Source of the DNA: Eledone cirrhosa
Taxonomy: Eukaryota
NCBI GenBank assembly: GCA_964016885.1
Contig: OZ024747.1
Location: forward strand, 89,094,001-89,158,000
Reading direction: 5' to 3'
Length of the DNA: 64,000 nt
Part shown: positions 25,552 through 38,526 of the stretch, piece by piece
Layout of the letters: each line of letters begins with the position of its first letter
Position numbering within the stretch: the first letter of the stretch is position 1
Program-made: the position numbers and the translations under genes
Notes under the pieces: model-generated
The model's database searches: none
The model's input: the letters and a program-made list of their open reading frames with translations, nothing else
What the model was told of the DNA's origin: nothing

Positions 25552-26367
25552 TTAAATGATGAAGATGCTGAAAATAATTTTGACAATTTAAGACTTCCTC
25601 ATAGTTGTTGCAGTTTGAGATAAATTCACATATGATAGGTTTTTAGATAAATATAAACACTTCAAAATAAACAGTTTTATATTGTAGAACCAGGGGTGGC
25701 TTGGTACTAAAAGGGTTAACTCACCAATGACAGGCACTGGAAAAGCATTGAGATGAGTATGACTGTTGGTAGTGGTTGAAATACTAAGTTTGTGAGAGTA
25801 TGTTGTCTGTTGAGATCTGGAATAGTGGCAAGACAAATTTTCAAAAATACTTGGGTCCTAAATAATAGGGGTGGGGTGGAATAAGCGAGGGAGTCAGAAC
25901 AAGCAAGGGGGTTGGAAAATCGGTAATTTTTCTAGATTGACTCTATTGTTTTATTTTTTAAAACCAGAATTAGTCATTTAGTTTACATATTGAGACGCCC
26001 AACCAATCTTATTTATTTTATAACATATGGGATTTCTAGTAATGTACTTTTGTTGTCATGTATAATGTTTTTTAATGTCTAAAGAAAATAAACTGTTGCA
26101 AGAATGTTACCACTTAATATAAAATTTCACCAGAAACAGATTAGCAAAATTTAATAAGCGAGGGGTGGGGGGCCTGATTATTTGAGACCCAAGAGTAACC
26201 AGTGTTTGACTTTTGAGAGAAAATGATAGGTTACATAGCTTTATAAAAGAGGCATTCTTCTCAAACCAGGATGTACCAAGGAATTATGTAGCCTATCTAA
26301 ATTTATAGTTTTAGGAATAGCAACACAACTACACAACAACTGATTAGCAAAAAGAAGCTCCAGTGTA

Positions 26368-26426
<59 letters not shown>

Positions 26427-26534
26427 AATTTGATTCCCTAGCTTAGTACTTTATCATTTTTCTTATCATTTTTTCCAGTTTTTATTGCCTAACATGAATG
26501 AAATGGGCCTTTGATCTGTTATTAAATTAAAAAC

Positions 26535-26740
26535 TTCTTCTCCTTCTTCGCCCCCTCATTCCTTTTTTGCCCACATATTCCTGAGAGGGTCGTGGAGGCA
26601 GACATGCTTTCCAGAGAGTCTTATCAGAAGCAAATGTTTCCAAATGATTTAGCTAGATCTCCAAGCGAGACCAACTGAGCTTATGGATGCTAACTGACCA
26701 TCTTGCTCGAAGTCTGGTCTCCTGCTGGTGGGCTTTGCCT
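26535..26740 (-). mobile_element. RTE (Expander/Rex3-like) 3' end; second copy at 29425-29620
   Basis: Minus strand reads RARWSVSIHKLSWSRLEI-like and ends in (GAA)n; the two loci are homologous. Confidence 0.6.
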
Positions 26741-26947
26741 GTTAAAATCTGTTTAGTGATTCATTCTTTAAAGAAATCAAAAACTATTGTGAAGAAATGT
26801 TTGTATTTTCTCACAGCTTCTGTATCTGCATAAAGCTCTTTTTCAGCAATCTGGTAAAAATCATTTTTTATTTACTATGGAAAAACACCCCCTATTTTAA
26901 AGAGTTCTTACTTAAATTAAAACCTTTCAATATAATTTTATATAAAA

Positions 26948-27310
26948 CACCTAAAGTGGTCATGATGGTGTCATGACAAAAGGCACCCAGCCCACACTCT
27001 AAAGTGGATGTGTAGGTGTCACAACAAAAAGCACCCAGCCTACACTGTAAAGTGGACGTGTAGGTGTCACAACAAAAAGCGCCTTGCCTACACTGTAAAG
27101 TGGTCATGTAAGTGTCACGTCAAAAAGCACCCAGTACTCACTGTAAATGAGGTTGGCATTAGGAAGGGCATCCAGCCATAGAAACCAAGCCAGAAACAGT
27201 TCTGTATGAGTGAGACATGGGCACCTGACCTGACTGGCCTCAAACGGGATAACCTGTCTAACCAATGTTAGCATAGAAAATGGACGTTAAACGATGATGA
27301 TGATGATGAT
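26948..27310 (+). mobile_element. RTE 3' UTR with 4-5 48-bp units, inserted in a decayed family 2 MITE (~26890-27436)
   Basis: Unit starts at 26986 and 27034; (GAT)n tail; right MITE end gaaaggg|ttaa. Confidence 0.78.
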
Positions 27311-28419
27311 TATGAACATTTAGTTATGTTATAAATACCATCTTGATGAAATTATAATTTTAGTCAATTCTATCCAAATTTTTTATTTATTAATTAAAAT
27401 ACTCTGTATTTCATTAGATATAAAATAATGAAAGGGTTAATGTCATTTTAAATAGAATTGATACATTTTACAGCATCCTCAAATTGAAGGAAACTAATGA
27501 CCTAATTTTGACTGAATAGGAAGGGGTACATCTTGAATAATACTCGAGTGCAATAACTCTGCTGTAATTCTTCATTATTTGCAGATACAGATAGCTGTTG
27601 AAAAGTTTGAAGACATTCAATGAATTGGAGTATAATTCTGGAAGAAGTGAAATTAGATAGTATATGAAATTAAGATATTATATTATGTTTCCATGTATTT
27701 TTATATAAGGTTAGGCAGCTTTAAAGAAATTTGAACTGTTGGTATCAGGCTGAGATTTTGTTTCACCACAAAGTAAAAAACAAAACAAAACAAAAAAGAA
27801 AAAAACAACCGAAATATGAATAGATTATCATTTCCAATGATCGATTGACTCCCAATTCACTGAAACACTGATTCAGCATTTGCAATACCCATAGGAACTT
27901 GAGTAAACTGATGCAGGCATTTATATGCTTGGGAAGCTGTGTATGGCCTTTCTACAGGTATTATACTAAATTTATAATAAGCACTACTTATATAAAAAAC
28001 AAAATTACTTTTTCTCTAACATAGTTCTGTATGAGCGAGACACAGTCTCTCGACCAATCTTGCTTCAAGTGGGACAAAACCGTCCAACCCATGCTAGCGT
28101 GGAAGATGGACATTAAATGATGATGATGATGATGATGATGTTAGTGGATACATAAATGCATTCATGAGTTGTATATTGAATAATAATAATTGTTTCTACA
28201 TTTGGCACAAGGCCAGCAATTTGAAAGGGAGGGGAAAATTCAATTAAATCGCCACAAGTGTATTACTGGTGCTTTATTTTATCAACACCATAAGGATGAA
28301 AGGCAAAGCTAACTGTGGCGGGATTTTGAACTCAGAACGTAAAGAACCGTAACAATATGCCGTAAAGTATGTTGTCCGATGCTCCACCCTTATTACTGCC
28401 AATCCACCACCCTTATATC

Positions 28420-28596
28420 GAATAATAATGATAATATTCGATTTGTTTGCAAGCAAACAGCCTCATTATGCTGTGTTTTAGACAACCATCATCATCCTTT
28501 TGTTCTACTACTAGAATAAAAGGAGGACAATGGTCATCTAAAATACAGCATAATGAGGCTGTTTACTTGCAAACAAATCAAATATTATTATTATTC
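28420..28596. repeat. ~177-bp foldback palindrome (MITE-like)
   Basis: aatattcgatttgtttgcaagcaaacagcctcattatgctgt pairs with acagcataatgaggctgtttacttgcaaacaaatcaaatatt. Confidence 0.85.
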
Positions 28597-28849
28597 AATA
28601 TAAAAATCACTACTTATATCAATTTAGCTGTAATATTTATGTTTGAATATAAAACTGATTGGATCATCTGTATAAGGAACTCAAGTATTGTCAGGCAATT
28701 AATAGTTTGTGAGAAATCTACAATAAAATGTTTCTTACCAGAATTACCAGTAACAATCAAAACCTAAGTTCGCTATGGTAAATTACTTGGTTTTATATCT
28801 TTTCTTAAAAGTTTTGAAATTTCTGAATCTATAAATTCTTCATAATCTA

Positions 28850-29235
28850 TAATGTATTGGTGAGGCTTTGTTGCTTGGAGTGAAAGTGTGAAAAGAAGGT
28901 TAAGCAGGTTACTGGTCCCTGGTCCCTTGTAGTTGAGTACAATGACAAATAAGAAAATCTATGATAAATACCAGTATCAGTCATCATCAAAGAATGTAGA
29001 GTCAGATTGGCAGGACATATCTGGAGAGCTAAAGATGAAATTGTGAGTGAAGTTCTTTTGTGGGAGCAGACACAAGGAAGAATAAGTTGAGGATGACAAG
29101 CCAAGACCTATATCAAGCAGATTTGTGATGGCATAAACTGCAATATCTCTGACCTGCAAAGTATGATGAACAAAAGAACTGGATGGCAACAGAGTATCAA
29201 GGGAATCCATACAAGCCATGCGACCCATTGATTGA
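28850..29235 (+). pseudogene. Decayed RTE-group LINE ORF2 C-terminus
   Basis: IIKECRVRLAGHIWRAKDEIVSEVLLWEQTQGR..*..AKTYIKQI with in-frame stops. Confidence 0.7.
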
Positions 29236-30562
29236 AAGTGTCTATTAGCAGATCACATGAGTCACTAGAGAAATAGATTCAAATTGAATATCTGAAGAGG
29301 ATTGAATGGTAGAAGAGGTGTAACTATGTGACTGGCAGATAAAATAGTCTCATATCTTATACTGCTATACTTTCTATAAATTGCAGATTTAATTGGATAG
29401 GGGGTAAGAAGGTGAATCTTTGAGTCCTTCTTCTTCTTCTCCCATTTATTCCTGAGAGGTTCGTTGGGGCAGAGTCCTCAAACACTCTTTCTAGTGGGTC
29501 CTGTCAGAAGCAACTGTCTCCAACTCATCCAACTGGATCCCCAAGTGAGACCAGCCAAGCTCATGGATGTTATCCAATAATCTTGCTCAAGGTGGGTCTA
29601 GCCCTGGGTCTTCTGCCTTTTTACCTGCCACAGAAAAAGATACATGTTGCTCAAGTTTTAGGATTTAACATGGAAAATGATTCCAACATTCTTTGTTACA
29701 TTAGTGGATTTCACAGAAGCACAGAAACAACAGACATTTAATATGATTCTATTAGCTTTGCCTTTTATCCTTATAGGGTCAATAAACTAAAGTACCAGTA
29801 TTGCACTGGGGTCCATTTAGTCAAGTTTCCCTCCTCCAAAATTGTTCGCCTTCTGCCTAAATCAGAAACCAATATGATTCTGTATTTGACTGAGTTTGTA
29901 CCAAACATCAGTCCTGTTGAATAGCATTGTGTAATGTTAAGGCTTTATTCTTTAGTTGTCTCACCCTGATAACGTTTGAATGTATATATATATATATATA
30001 TTAAAGAATGTATATATATATATTAAAGAATATCTTATAGATTATATCTTTCCTGTGAATTTGTGAAAAGGGGCTGCTAGATGTTGGAAGAACGTCATAC
30101 CGGAAGTGAAGTGACATGACATCAGGGTTCGGGGGCCAATTCATTGCCTCTTTTTCACCAGATCGTGGCCAAGTGCAGACCTGTTTACGAAAGTGAGCGA
30201 GAGAGGTTCTGTCTTCCTCAGTTGGATGTAAGTCTTGGAGATGTCGGCACAGTGCATAGTGGACGATTCGGTCTGGTTTAAATTGGGAACGCAAGCTAGG
30301 TCCGTTTACTTCCCATCACATTTCTTTCAGTCATTACAGCTTTAAAATTCTAATCACAAGCAAACATAATTAATTTCTATAGAAATTAATTTATATTTTC
30401 ATCGGGATTTTGAAATCATGTTAGCTGGAGGTGTCTGCTATACTTTTGATTGAGTAGCTTCATATAAGCTGCTTCTAGCCATTTTAAAGTTTTAACAAAG
30501 TTGTACAATCTTGTATAACATCTACATTAGGCCCAATATGGCTGTCAAATTTATCTGGTTAA

Positions 30563-31972
30563 CCTTTAGCATTTACATTACTCTATATTTACTATTTTTT
30601 CAGTAAAGCCTTTACCTCACATAATATCGATTTTGATATCATTTATTTTAAGAAGAATGCCTTAACGCCAGTATGAGGGGCCAGTTACAGCCGATTTGAA
30701 CAGAAAGAGGTGAGAGAATTCTGGCCAGATATAGCTGGTTTAAATGCTAAAAGGCTAAACCATTTTGATTCAGTAATAAACTGAAATTGATTAAAGTGTT
30801 GTGATAAAAGAAGTTCCAGATATAAGCCTTTAATCAATTTAAAAGAAACATGTATTATCTGCTGCCATAGCACCAGAAGAAGGTGCATGGGGCATAAGTG
30901 TTTTTTTGTCAGGTAACCTTATCATAACATCAAAGTTAATTTAAAACCTGTCCCATATAGATAATAATTGAATAAATAAAGTAAAGTAACCCTTGGAAAT
31001 GAAAGAAAAAAACGTGGAAAGAGGTGCACCTGCAGAGAATTGTACTATACAACTTTTGTCTGTGCAGCATAGCAGAAATGCAAGGCTTGAGTTTTTCTGT
31101 CTCCAGGGTCACTTGACATGATTTATTAATCTGTTATTTATAATAGATTAATACATAAAAAACCCTACACAACATGAAACACCATGCATTAACCCATTAG
31201 CACTTAAACCGGCCATATCCGACCAGAATTCCCTCACCTCTTTCTGTTTAAACTGGCCACTAATATTGATGTTAAGGTATTGTTCTCAAAATAAATAATA
31301 TCAAAATCGCATAGATTCAATATTATGTGAGATAATTATGCGAGGTAAAGCTTTTACCATGAAAATACAATAGTAAATATAAAGCAATGTAAATGGTATG
31401 TGAGGTAAAGCCTTTACAGTGAAAATACAATAGTAAATATAGAATATTGTAAATGTTAAAGGGTTAATGTAGTTTTACACTAAATTAATCTTGAGATTAC
31501 ACATAACACTACTATGCATGAAGTATAACTCTAGATGAAAAACTCTTATATAAACACTACTCTACATAAGGCAGCCCTAACTCTTCCTTACAGGACGTTA
31601 ATGCCTTAGCATTTACATTACTCTGTATTTACTATTGTATTTTTGCTGTAAAAGCTTTACCTCATATAATATCGAATCAATGAGATTTGTTGGCAGTATC
31701 GGTAGAGGGTCAGACGCCATGCTTTGCAGCAAAGAGTTACGGCCCTTTATGGTCTGAGTTCAAATTCCGCCGAGGTTAACTTTGCCTTTCATCCTTACGG
31801 GGTCAATAAAATAAAGTACTAGTAATATACTGGGATTGTGCCAAAAGTAGAAACAATTATTTATTTTGAAAACAATACCATAATATCAGTATGAGTGGCA
31901 AGTTACAGCCAGTTTGAACAGAAAGAGGTGAGAGAATTCTGGCCGGATATGGCCATTTTAAATGCTAAAGGG
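30563..31972. mobile_element. Cluster of three family 1 MITEs (30563-30754, 31193-31463, 31602-31972); the last contains a Nin SINE at 31690-31860
   Basis: TIRs and TTAA-type flanks visible at each copy; MITE sequence resumes after the SINE tail. Confidence 0.85.
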
Positions 31973-32214
31973 TTAAACTAAATCCAACAGGATTCCACAT
32001 TGTTTCAATCGAGTTTATTTCACTGACAAAGCTTCAAATGAACTAAGACTACAGGAAATCACACACGAATAAAGTATCACACAATGGAACTAACCAGGAA
32101 CCTTGTGGTTTCAAAACAGACTTCTTAACCACGTGGATGCAGCAGAGAAGAATTGTTAAGAGGTTTGCTTCAATAGGTCCCAAGTTGATCTTGGACAAGG
32201 GCCATTTACCTTTT

Positions 32215-32582
32215 AGTAGTGCTTCATGTAGTGTTGTATTTTATATAGTGTGGTGTTTCATGCAGTGTTGTGCTTCATGTAGAGTTGTATTTCATGTAGA
32301 GTTGTATATCATGCAGTGTTGTATTTCATGTAGTGTTGTATTACATATGGTGTTGTTTCATGTAGTGTTGTGCTTCATGTGTTGTTGTTTCAGGAAGTGT
32401 TGTATTACATGTGGTGTAGTATTTCATGTAGTTTTATATTTCATGTAGCATTGTTTCATGTAGTGTTGTATTGCATGTAGTGTAATGTTTCATGTAGTTT
32501 TATATTTCTTGTAGTTTTGTGTTTCATGTAATGTAGTATTTCCTGTAGTGTAGGGTTTTGTGTAGTGTTATGTTTCAGGTAG
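32215..32582. repeat. Minisatellite, ~17-bp unit gtgttgtatttcatgta
   Basis: Directly visible degenerate tandem array. Confidence 0.85.
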
Positions 32583-32691
32583 TAAAGGCCTGTGGCCTAG
32601 TGGTTAGGTTGTTTGACTTACAATCATAATAACATGGATTTAAATCCTAGACTGGGTTGTGTGTTGTCTATGAAAGAAATATATATACATA

Positions 32692-32764
32692 TATGAAGTA
32701 TAAGAATCAAAGAACTGTTCAAAACATAATGTTTTGAACAGTTCTTTGATTCTTATACTTCATA
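32692..32764. repeat. Perfect 36-bp-arm palindrome with 1-nt loop
   Basis: tatgaagtataagaatcaaagaactgttcaaaacat-a-atgttttgaacagttctttgattcttatacttcata. Confidence 0.95.
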
Positions 32765-33095
32765 CTTCATATAACTGCTCTGTAAATCATCTGATGTTTT
32801 TACATTGAGCTACTTAACTTACTGGTAATAAGGTAGTAATACATTACTGCCTACCACTATTTAGGGTGTGTATAAAAAAATACTTATAACTGCATAAGGT
32901 TTTGTATTTACATAACCATAAATAGTATAACTAATACTATATACATATATATATATTTAGAAATTAAGAAAATCTCGAATGCAGGAGAATAGCTGTGAAA
33001 TCAGCTTAGGAAATTGGGCAAAAATACCTCTATAGATGCAAGAAGTCAACAAAGAAGGACAACTCAGGGGAACAGTATAGTATGATAGCAATATA

Positions 33096-33175
33096 CAGGA
33101 TGTCCCTCAAAAATGTATACCCATATTTATTAGAATGCTGTTAAAGTGTGTATACATTTTGGGGGGGACATCCTG
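33096..33175. mobile_element. 80-bp Tc1/mariner MITE
   Basis: ta|caggatgtccc..aaaatgtatac...gtatacatttt..gggacatcctg|ta. Confidence 0.88.
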
Positions 33176-33479
33176 TATATTAATTTAATGCTTGATATAG
33201 TAGGAAACTATAATGTTTTGGACATTGGTCCCTCACTAGAAGATAGAATGAGGGTTAAAAGAAATAGAAGGATTGATGTAGGAAAAGGAAGAAATGAAGA
33301 AAGCCCGTATTAGAAGAAAGCCTGTTTGTTTACTCAGCCATATATATATATATGTGTATATATATATATATATGTATATGTATGCAAAAGGCAAACAGAA
33401 AACAGAAATAATAAAGCAAACAACACAGTACAATGAAGAAATATATTATTAGTTTTACGCTTGATATAGTAGAAAAAGA

Positions 33480-33518
33480 GCCTTAACATTTCGGACGCTA
33501 GTCCTTCATCAGAAAATA
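33480..33518 (-). ncRNA. Minimal hammerhead-like motif of a Penelope-like end
   Basis: CTGATGA-a-ggac tagc gtcc-GAAA-tgttA; stems I/III weak; downstream tail homologous to ~20420-20482. Confidence 0.55.
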
Positions 33519-36500
33519 GAATGAGAAATTCAACTATATACACACACACACACATATATATATATATAACCTGAACAAAGAATTAGCAAAAGGCAGAAGA
33601 TAATACTGTTTATTGAAATGTTAATATTAGTCTCTTTTTAATAAAGGAACTGAAACTTTTTCCCGGGGTTATCAACAGCCAAGAATCAAAACTATGTTAT
33701 GGACTTTGCTTATCTTATGCTCCCTCAGTGTTCACTCTTTGAATGTTAATATTCTTAAAAAAAGAAACTGAAAAAACACAAGAAATTGATAGAGTTTGAA
33801 CTTTGCTTAGCCAGGCTTTAAATTGCTCTAAAAAAATGCTACATGTCAATATGGCACCCCTGTGATTCCATCAGGAGTTATGGAACTAAATGAGAAAAGG
33901 AGTGTTTGAAGTAGAATAGTTTATTATGTAGAGTAATGTTTAAAGTAAAATAATGATACAAATTAAGTAGGTACTGTTTCATTTATTGTTTTATATAATG
34001 TAGTGTGATTTAGCTTATCTTATGCTCCCTCAGTATTCATTCTTCAAATGTTAATATTCTTAAAGGAAGAAACTGAAAGAACACAAGAAATTGATAGAGT
34101 TTGAACTTTGCTCTTTGTACTCAAATGAAGTATTAATATCTTTTGTTTCAGAACAAAACTTCATATTTAACAGAAGGGGAAATTATACAAACCTCAAAAG
34201 TTTTCATTCTCTGATGGTCTTCAGCAGTGTAAGTAAAATTAAATGGCTCATATGAAATATTGAATCCTTATAGTAGTTAAGTAAAATGGTTGAACAGGGC
34301 TAGTTAAATTATAGTAAAACCCTAAAAATAACATTTTACAAAATATCTTTCAATTTTTGAAGAATGCACTGTTTGGAACAATAGACCCCTACTATATTGA
34401 AGGTACAATAACTAATTCCCCATTTTTTTTCTGTATTGTCTATAATCAATGACAGTTGTGGCTTTATGCTATTGTGGTTATATTCTAGTTATATTATAAT
34501 TATGTATGAAATTGCTAAAACAATTTACTGTGTAATCCAGTGAATGCATGTTTTTGAGTTACTTCACATGTGTGTATATAGAAGATGACTAAACATAATC
34601 TTTAAAAAATATTCCCAACAGTAGAGGATTGTTATAATAAATAATCTTAACTGAAAATGTTTTTCACATGTGAAAGCACAAAGCATTTTTATAGTTATGA
34701 TAGTGCTAGTATACAGATCATGTAGGTGGTGAACAAATGCATTTTAACCTCATTAAATACTTAGTAGATTTTCTTCTTGTTTTTATTTTTATCTTTAAAT
34801 ATATTTATTTAAAGTAAATATTCTAAATCTTATCTTATTTTCTTTTCTTAAGGATATAGTTATAGGAAAAATCAACATAAGAAAAATGAATGACTAGAGG
34901 TAAAACTTCAGAAATATTCTTGTATATTTCTATAATAGATTTAGTGCATATTAGTGTATATTTTTACCATCATTCCTATCAAATGATGTTCATTATATGC
35001 TGATGTTAATAATTTTCATTAGCTTTTCAATCATGGCGAATTAATAATTCAGTTTTGCAATGGCAGAATGAGATGGCGGAGAGATTCCCGATTTTTCTTC
35101 AATCCTCTTATCATGACATGGAAACTGGTGATTAACTATATTTGTTTAATAGAATTCACATTGATATGAAGAAAATATTTTTTTAAAAAAAGCATTAAAA
35201 AATATAAAACATAAAATAAATAAGAAAATTCTATCCATCTTCTGATGCTAAATGTTTTTTCTTTGTAAAAGTCTCATGCATTCTTCTTTTCCTTGTGCAA
35301 TGACCTAAAATTAAAAAATCAATATTTAAAAAATATTTTATAAGCATACTATTCACAGAAATATTTTACAATATTCAAACCCACCATTTATAATATGAAA
35401 GCATTTACATTTAGTCTGCTAGTTCCTTTGTATTTACCTTAAATCTGTTTACCATTTATTATGCTGGGAACTAAATTTAGTATCACTACATACTAAAAAT
35501 CCTTTAGAAAAGAGAAAAATATTAACCAACAGATAATTATCATAAGAGTGGCTTTGAGTATTAATGTAAAAATACCACAAGCCATACTCACATACAAATC
35601 AAGGTATTATTAATTACTTTCAATCACCTGCTATATGCGCTTCTATATACATTCATATATACAATTAGCTAAATAATATATTTATATACATAGATATTTA
35701 TATATAATATTATATCAACGACATGATTAATTAATGCTTCAAGTTTTCTTCTTTTCATCATTAAACAACTTATTTGAACTTGAAGGAAATATATGATGCC
35801 ATTGTGTTGAGGTTTATTATAACATAAGTTAATATTCTTAATTAGGATTAATGTGAACATACTTTGAACACACACATATATATATACACACACATACATA
35901 TTCTAAATTTAAAGTAAATATATTTGGGTTTTTTATTTATTTATAGAAAACAACACCAACAAACAAAAAAATCTTGAAGTAATTGAAACTGTAGCTAGAA
36001 TATTTCAGGGGTAAACAAAACAAAAAAACAACCTTAAAATGGAAATTAATAAGATTTTGTGGGTACACATTTATTCTATAATTGTTTTATAGGATGGACA
36101 GTTAAGAAGATGGAAACATTGATGAGGGGGAAGTACTTTTAATACTACTTCTTTCTAAAAAAAAAATTTAAAACAAACAAAACAAAAAATATACCAATAA
36201 CCATTATTTGAGAATTAGATATCCTGATTAAAAATTTAAAGGGGAGGAAGGCAAAAAAATATAGTACTTGTGTTGCTCCTCCCATTTCATAGCTATTACG
36301 TATTTGGTATAAATTAATGATAACGAGAAGGAAATTAACAAGAAAAAAAAATTATTTCAATTAAATTTATAACTCAAGAAACATTTGTAAGTTGCATCAG
36401 TTTGGCTTAACATAAAGAGAAGATAGCTGTGCTTTAGCTAACTGACAGGCACATTGTATGAACAAGTAGTACCCTGTCAATTTCCAAGTAAAAAGCCGTT

Positions 36501-37394
36501 CAGAAAGTAGTCTGAGAGAGAGAGTTGGGTTTAACAAGGGTAGAACTGTATGCTTCCTACACAATGTGGGTGGAGTTCTCTCCCTTCCCCCTAAAATGAC
36601 GGTGACGCCTTTATTTGTTGATTAAGTTTTTTGTTTTGTTTAGTTATTTATTTATTTATTTATTTCAATACTCTGCAGCCCCACATGTTTTAGCACGAAA
36701 AAGGGTGTTAATTTACCGGCTGGGTTGGGGGCATTTTTTTAAAAGACAATTTTATTTCAGGATTATTTTTAAAAATCCTTGGCGTAAATTGGAAAAAAAC
36801 AATGAACAGGTAAGTAAAAATATTTTTTTTTTATTTTTTTTTAGCTTGTATGAAAACCACCGGCTGTATGTGATATTGTGTGTTAATGTAAAGCCAGTGA
36901 CAACTATAGAAATATCAACAACCGAGCATGAAACTAGTTATAACAATAATCTATAGTTATTGTTATAAAATAGTAACATACCATGCTTATCTGCATAATA
37001 CTACTAATTAATTGGCTTAGCTATTAAAAACAAAACTCGTGTCAACAAGTCTAGTATCTAATCATCAATTAATTTTACTTAGTAGCTAAGAATACATGTC
37101 TTTCTTAAAATTAAGTGTTTCGTTGACAGATTCTTATCTTTCTACACAGCGATTATACTTTTTTTTACAAATTCATCGGACGTGTAAACAGTCTGTCGCT
37201 AGAGATATTTTCAGGAAATAATAAAAAAAACAAAACTACTCTTGCATGAAAGAATACAGTGGCTATTCTTTACTACTGCTACTAATGTTGCAGTTATTTT
37301 TGCTAGTAGCGTATTAGTAGTATAGTGAAGTTGTACTGGCGGCAGTTGAGAGTGAGAGAGAAAGAGAGCACTTGCTGCACACCAGCAATTCAAC

Positions 37395-37530
37395 TGCCAC
37401 AGTCCAATTGCTGTTAACCAAGATGGCGCTGACGGCGTTATGACGTCACAGTGTCTGAGCCCGACGGGCGGAGCTGGCTGCCCCCCTTAAGGATATCTGC
37501 GCGGCGGATTCAGGTTCTCACCAATGCTAT
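37395..37530. promoter_or_regulatory. Probable RNA Pol II promoter (CpG-rich)
   Basis: CCAAT 37404, YY1-type CAAGATGGCG 37419-37428, palindromic CRE TGACGTCA 37441-37448, GC box GGGCGGAG 37466-37473, CCAAT 37521; lies in a TE-poor interval. Confidence 0.7.
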
Positions 37531-37879
37531 TTTACACAGCAACATCGACTGGGATTATCGTTGGAACTTGTCGAAGGAATTCTATCATATGCACACACGC
37601 TCTTTTTCTTTGATTTCTTTTTCGGTGTCTACTATATACACTCGTACATATATGCATACTAACACATACACAAATAACTGACTGACCTTGTTTTATTTGT
37701 TTTTTTCTAAATCGATGCAAGGGGTTTTCTCCTTTGGGGCTCCCACTATTCAGACGTATGAGCAGACGTACACAAATCAACATGTTGTTGTTAAGCGAAT
37801 CTAAAAATGCTTTTTTAACATATACATCTACTCTGTCCTTCTAAAATGGCTCGGGTCGTTTTTACTGCTATTAACTATT

Positions 37880-38062
37880 TCCACCTTAGTCGCTCGACTT
37901 GCTAGAAATAGCAGCCAGATCTCCCTCAAATTACAAGGAAGGACACATTGGATTATGTAGTCCTTGATATTCGGTCTGAAAAATAAGACGAGATGGTCAT
38001 GGCTGGAAAGCCGTTGATTATAGGTCAGCTCATTCAGGGCTGAACTGGGCTAAACAACAATT
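37880..38062 (+). mobile_element. SINE-like family D
   Basis: cttagtcgctcgacttgctagaaatagcagcc...ctaaacaacaa; relatives at 43739-43895, 44015-44185 and ~45000-45230. Confidence 0.65.
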
Positions 38063-38483
38063 TCAAAACGGTTTCCCCTTTACACGTCTACCGTCTGAAA
38101 CTCCACCTCCCCTCTGTCTGGAACACTGTTTGTTTACAAATCTTTCAGAACACGCACGCATTTTTTTTTTTTTTTTTTTTTTTTTGATACTTCAACGCAG
38201 GTATTTATTTTCTACAAATGATTAAAAACTGATTACTAGCTCTTGAAATAACCTGTTTGATTTAGACGGATATTTTTATAAAAAGAAAAAAAAAAGATAT
38301 TCCGCATAATTTTGCCTTAAGAAAAAAAAAAAAAAATTCACTGAGTTCCAGGATCTCTTATTTATTCAACCGACTAAAATTTTATTTTGTGTTTAATTGA
38401 AACATCTCTCGTTTAATAACCCTGTTTGTAATGTAATTGATCTTTCAAGAAAGACAAAAGAATCTACCTACCAAACCTGCCAA

Positions 38484-38526
<43 letters not shown>

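Noticed and set aside
26948-27150. Regular 48-bp repeats resembling a CRISPR array
   Set aside because: No unique spacers, no cas genes, eukaryotic context; part of the RTE 3' UTR
37423-37443. ATG within CAAGATGGCG as a plus-strand start
   Set aside because: Frame closes after 6 codons
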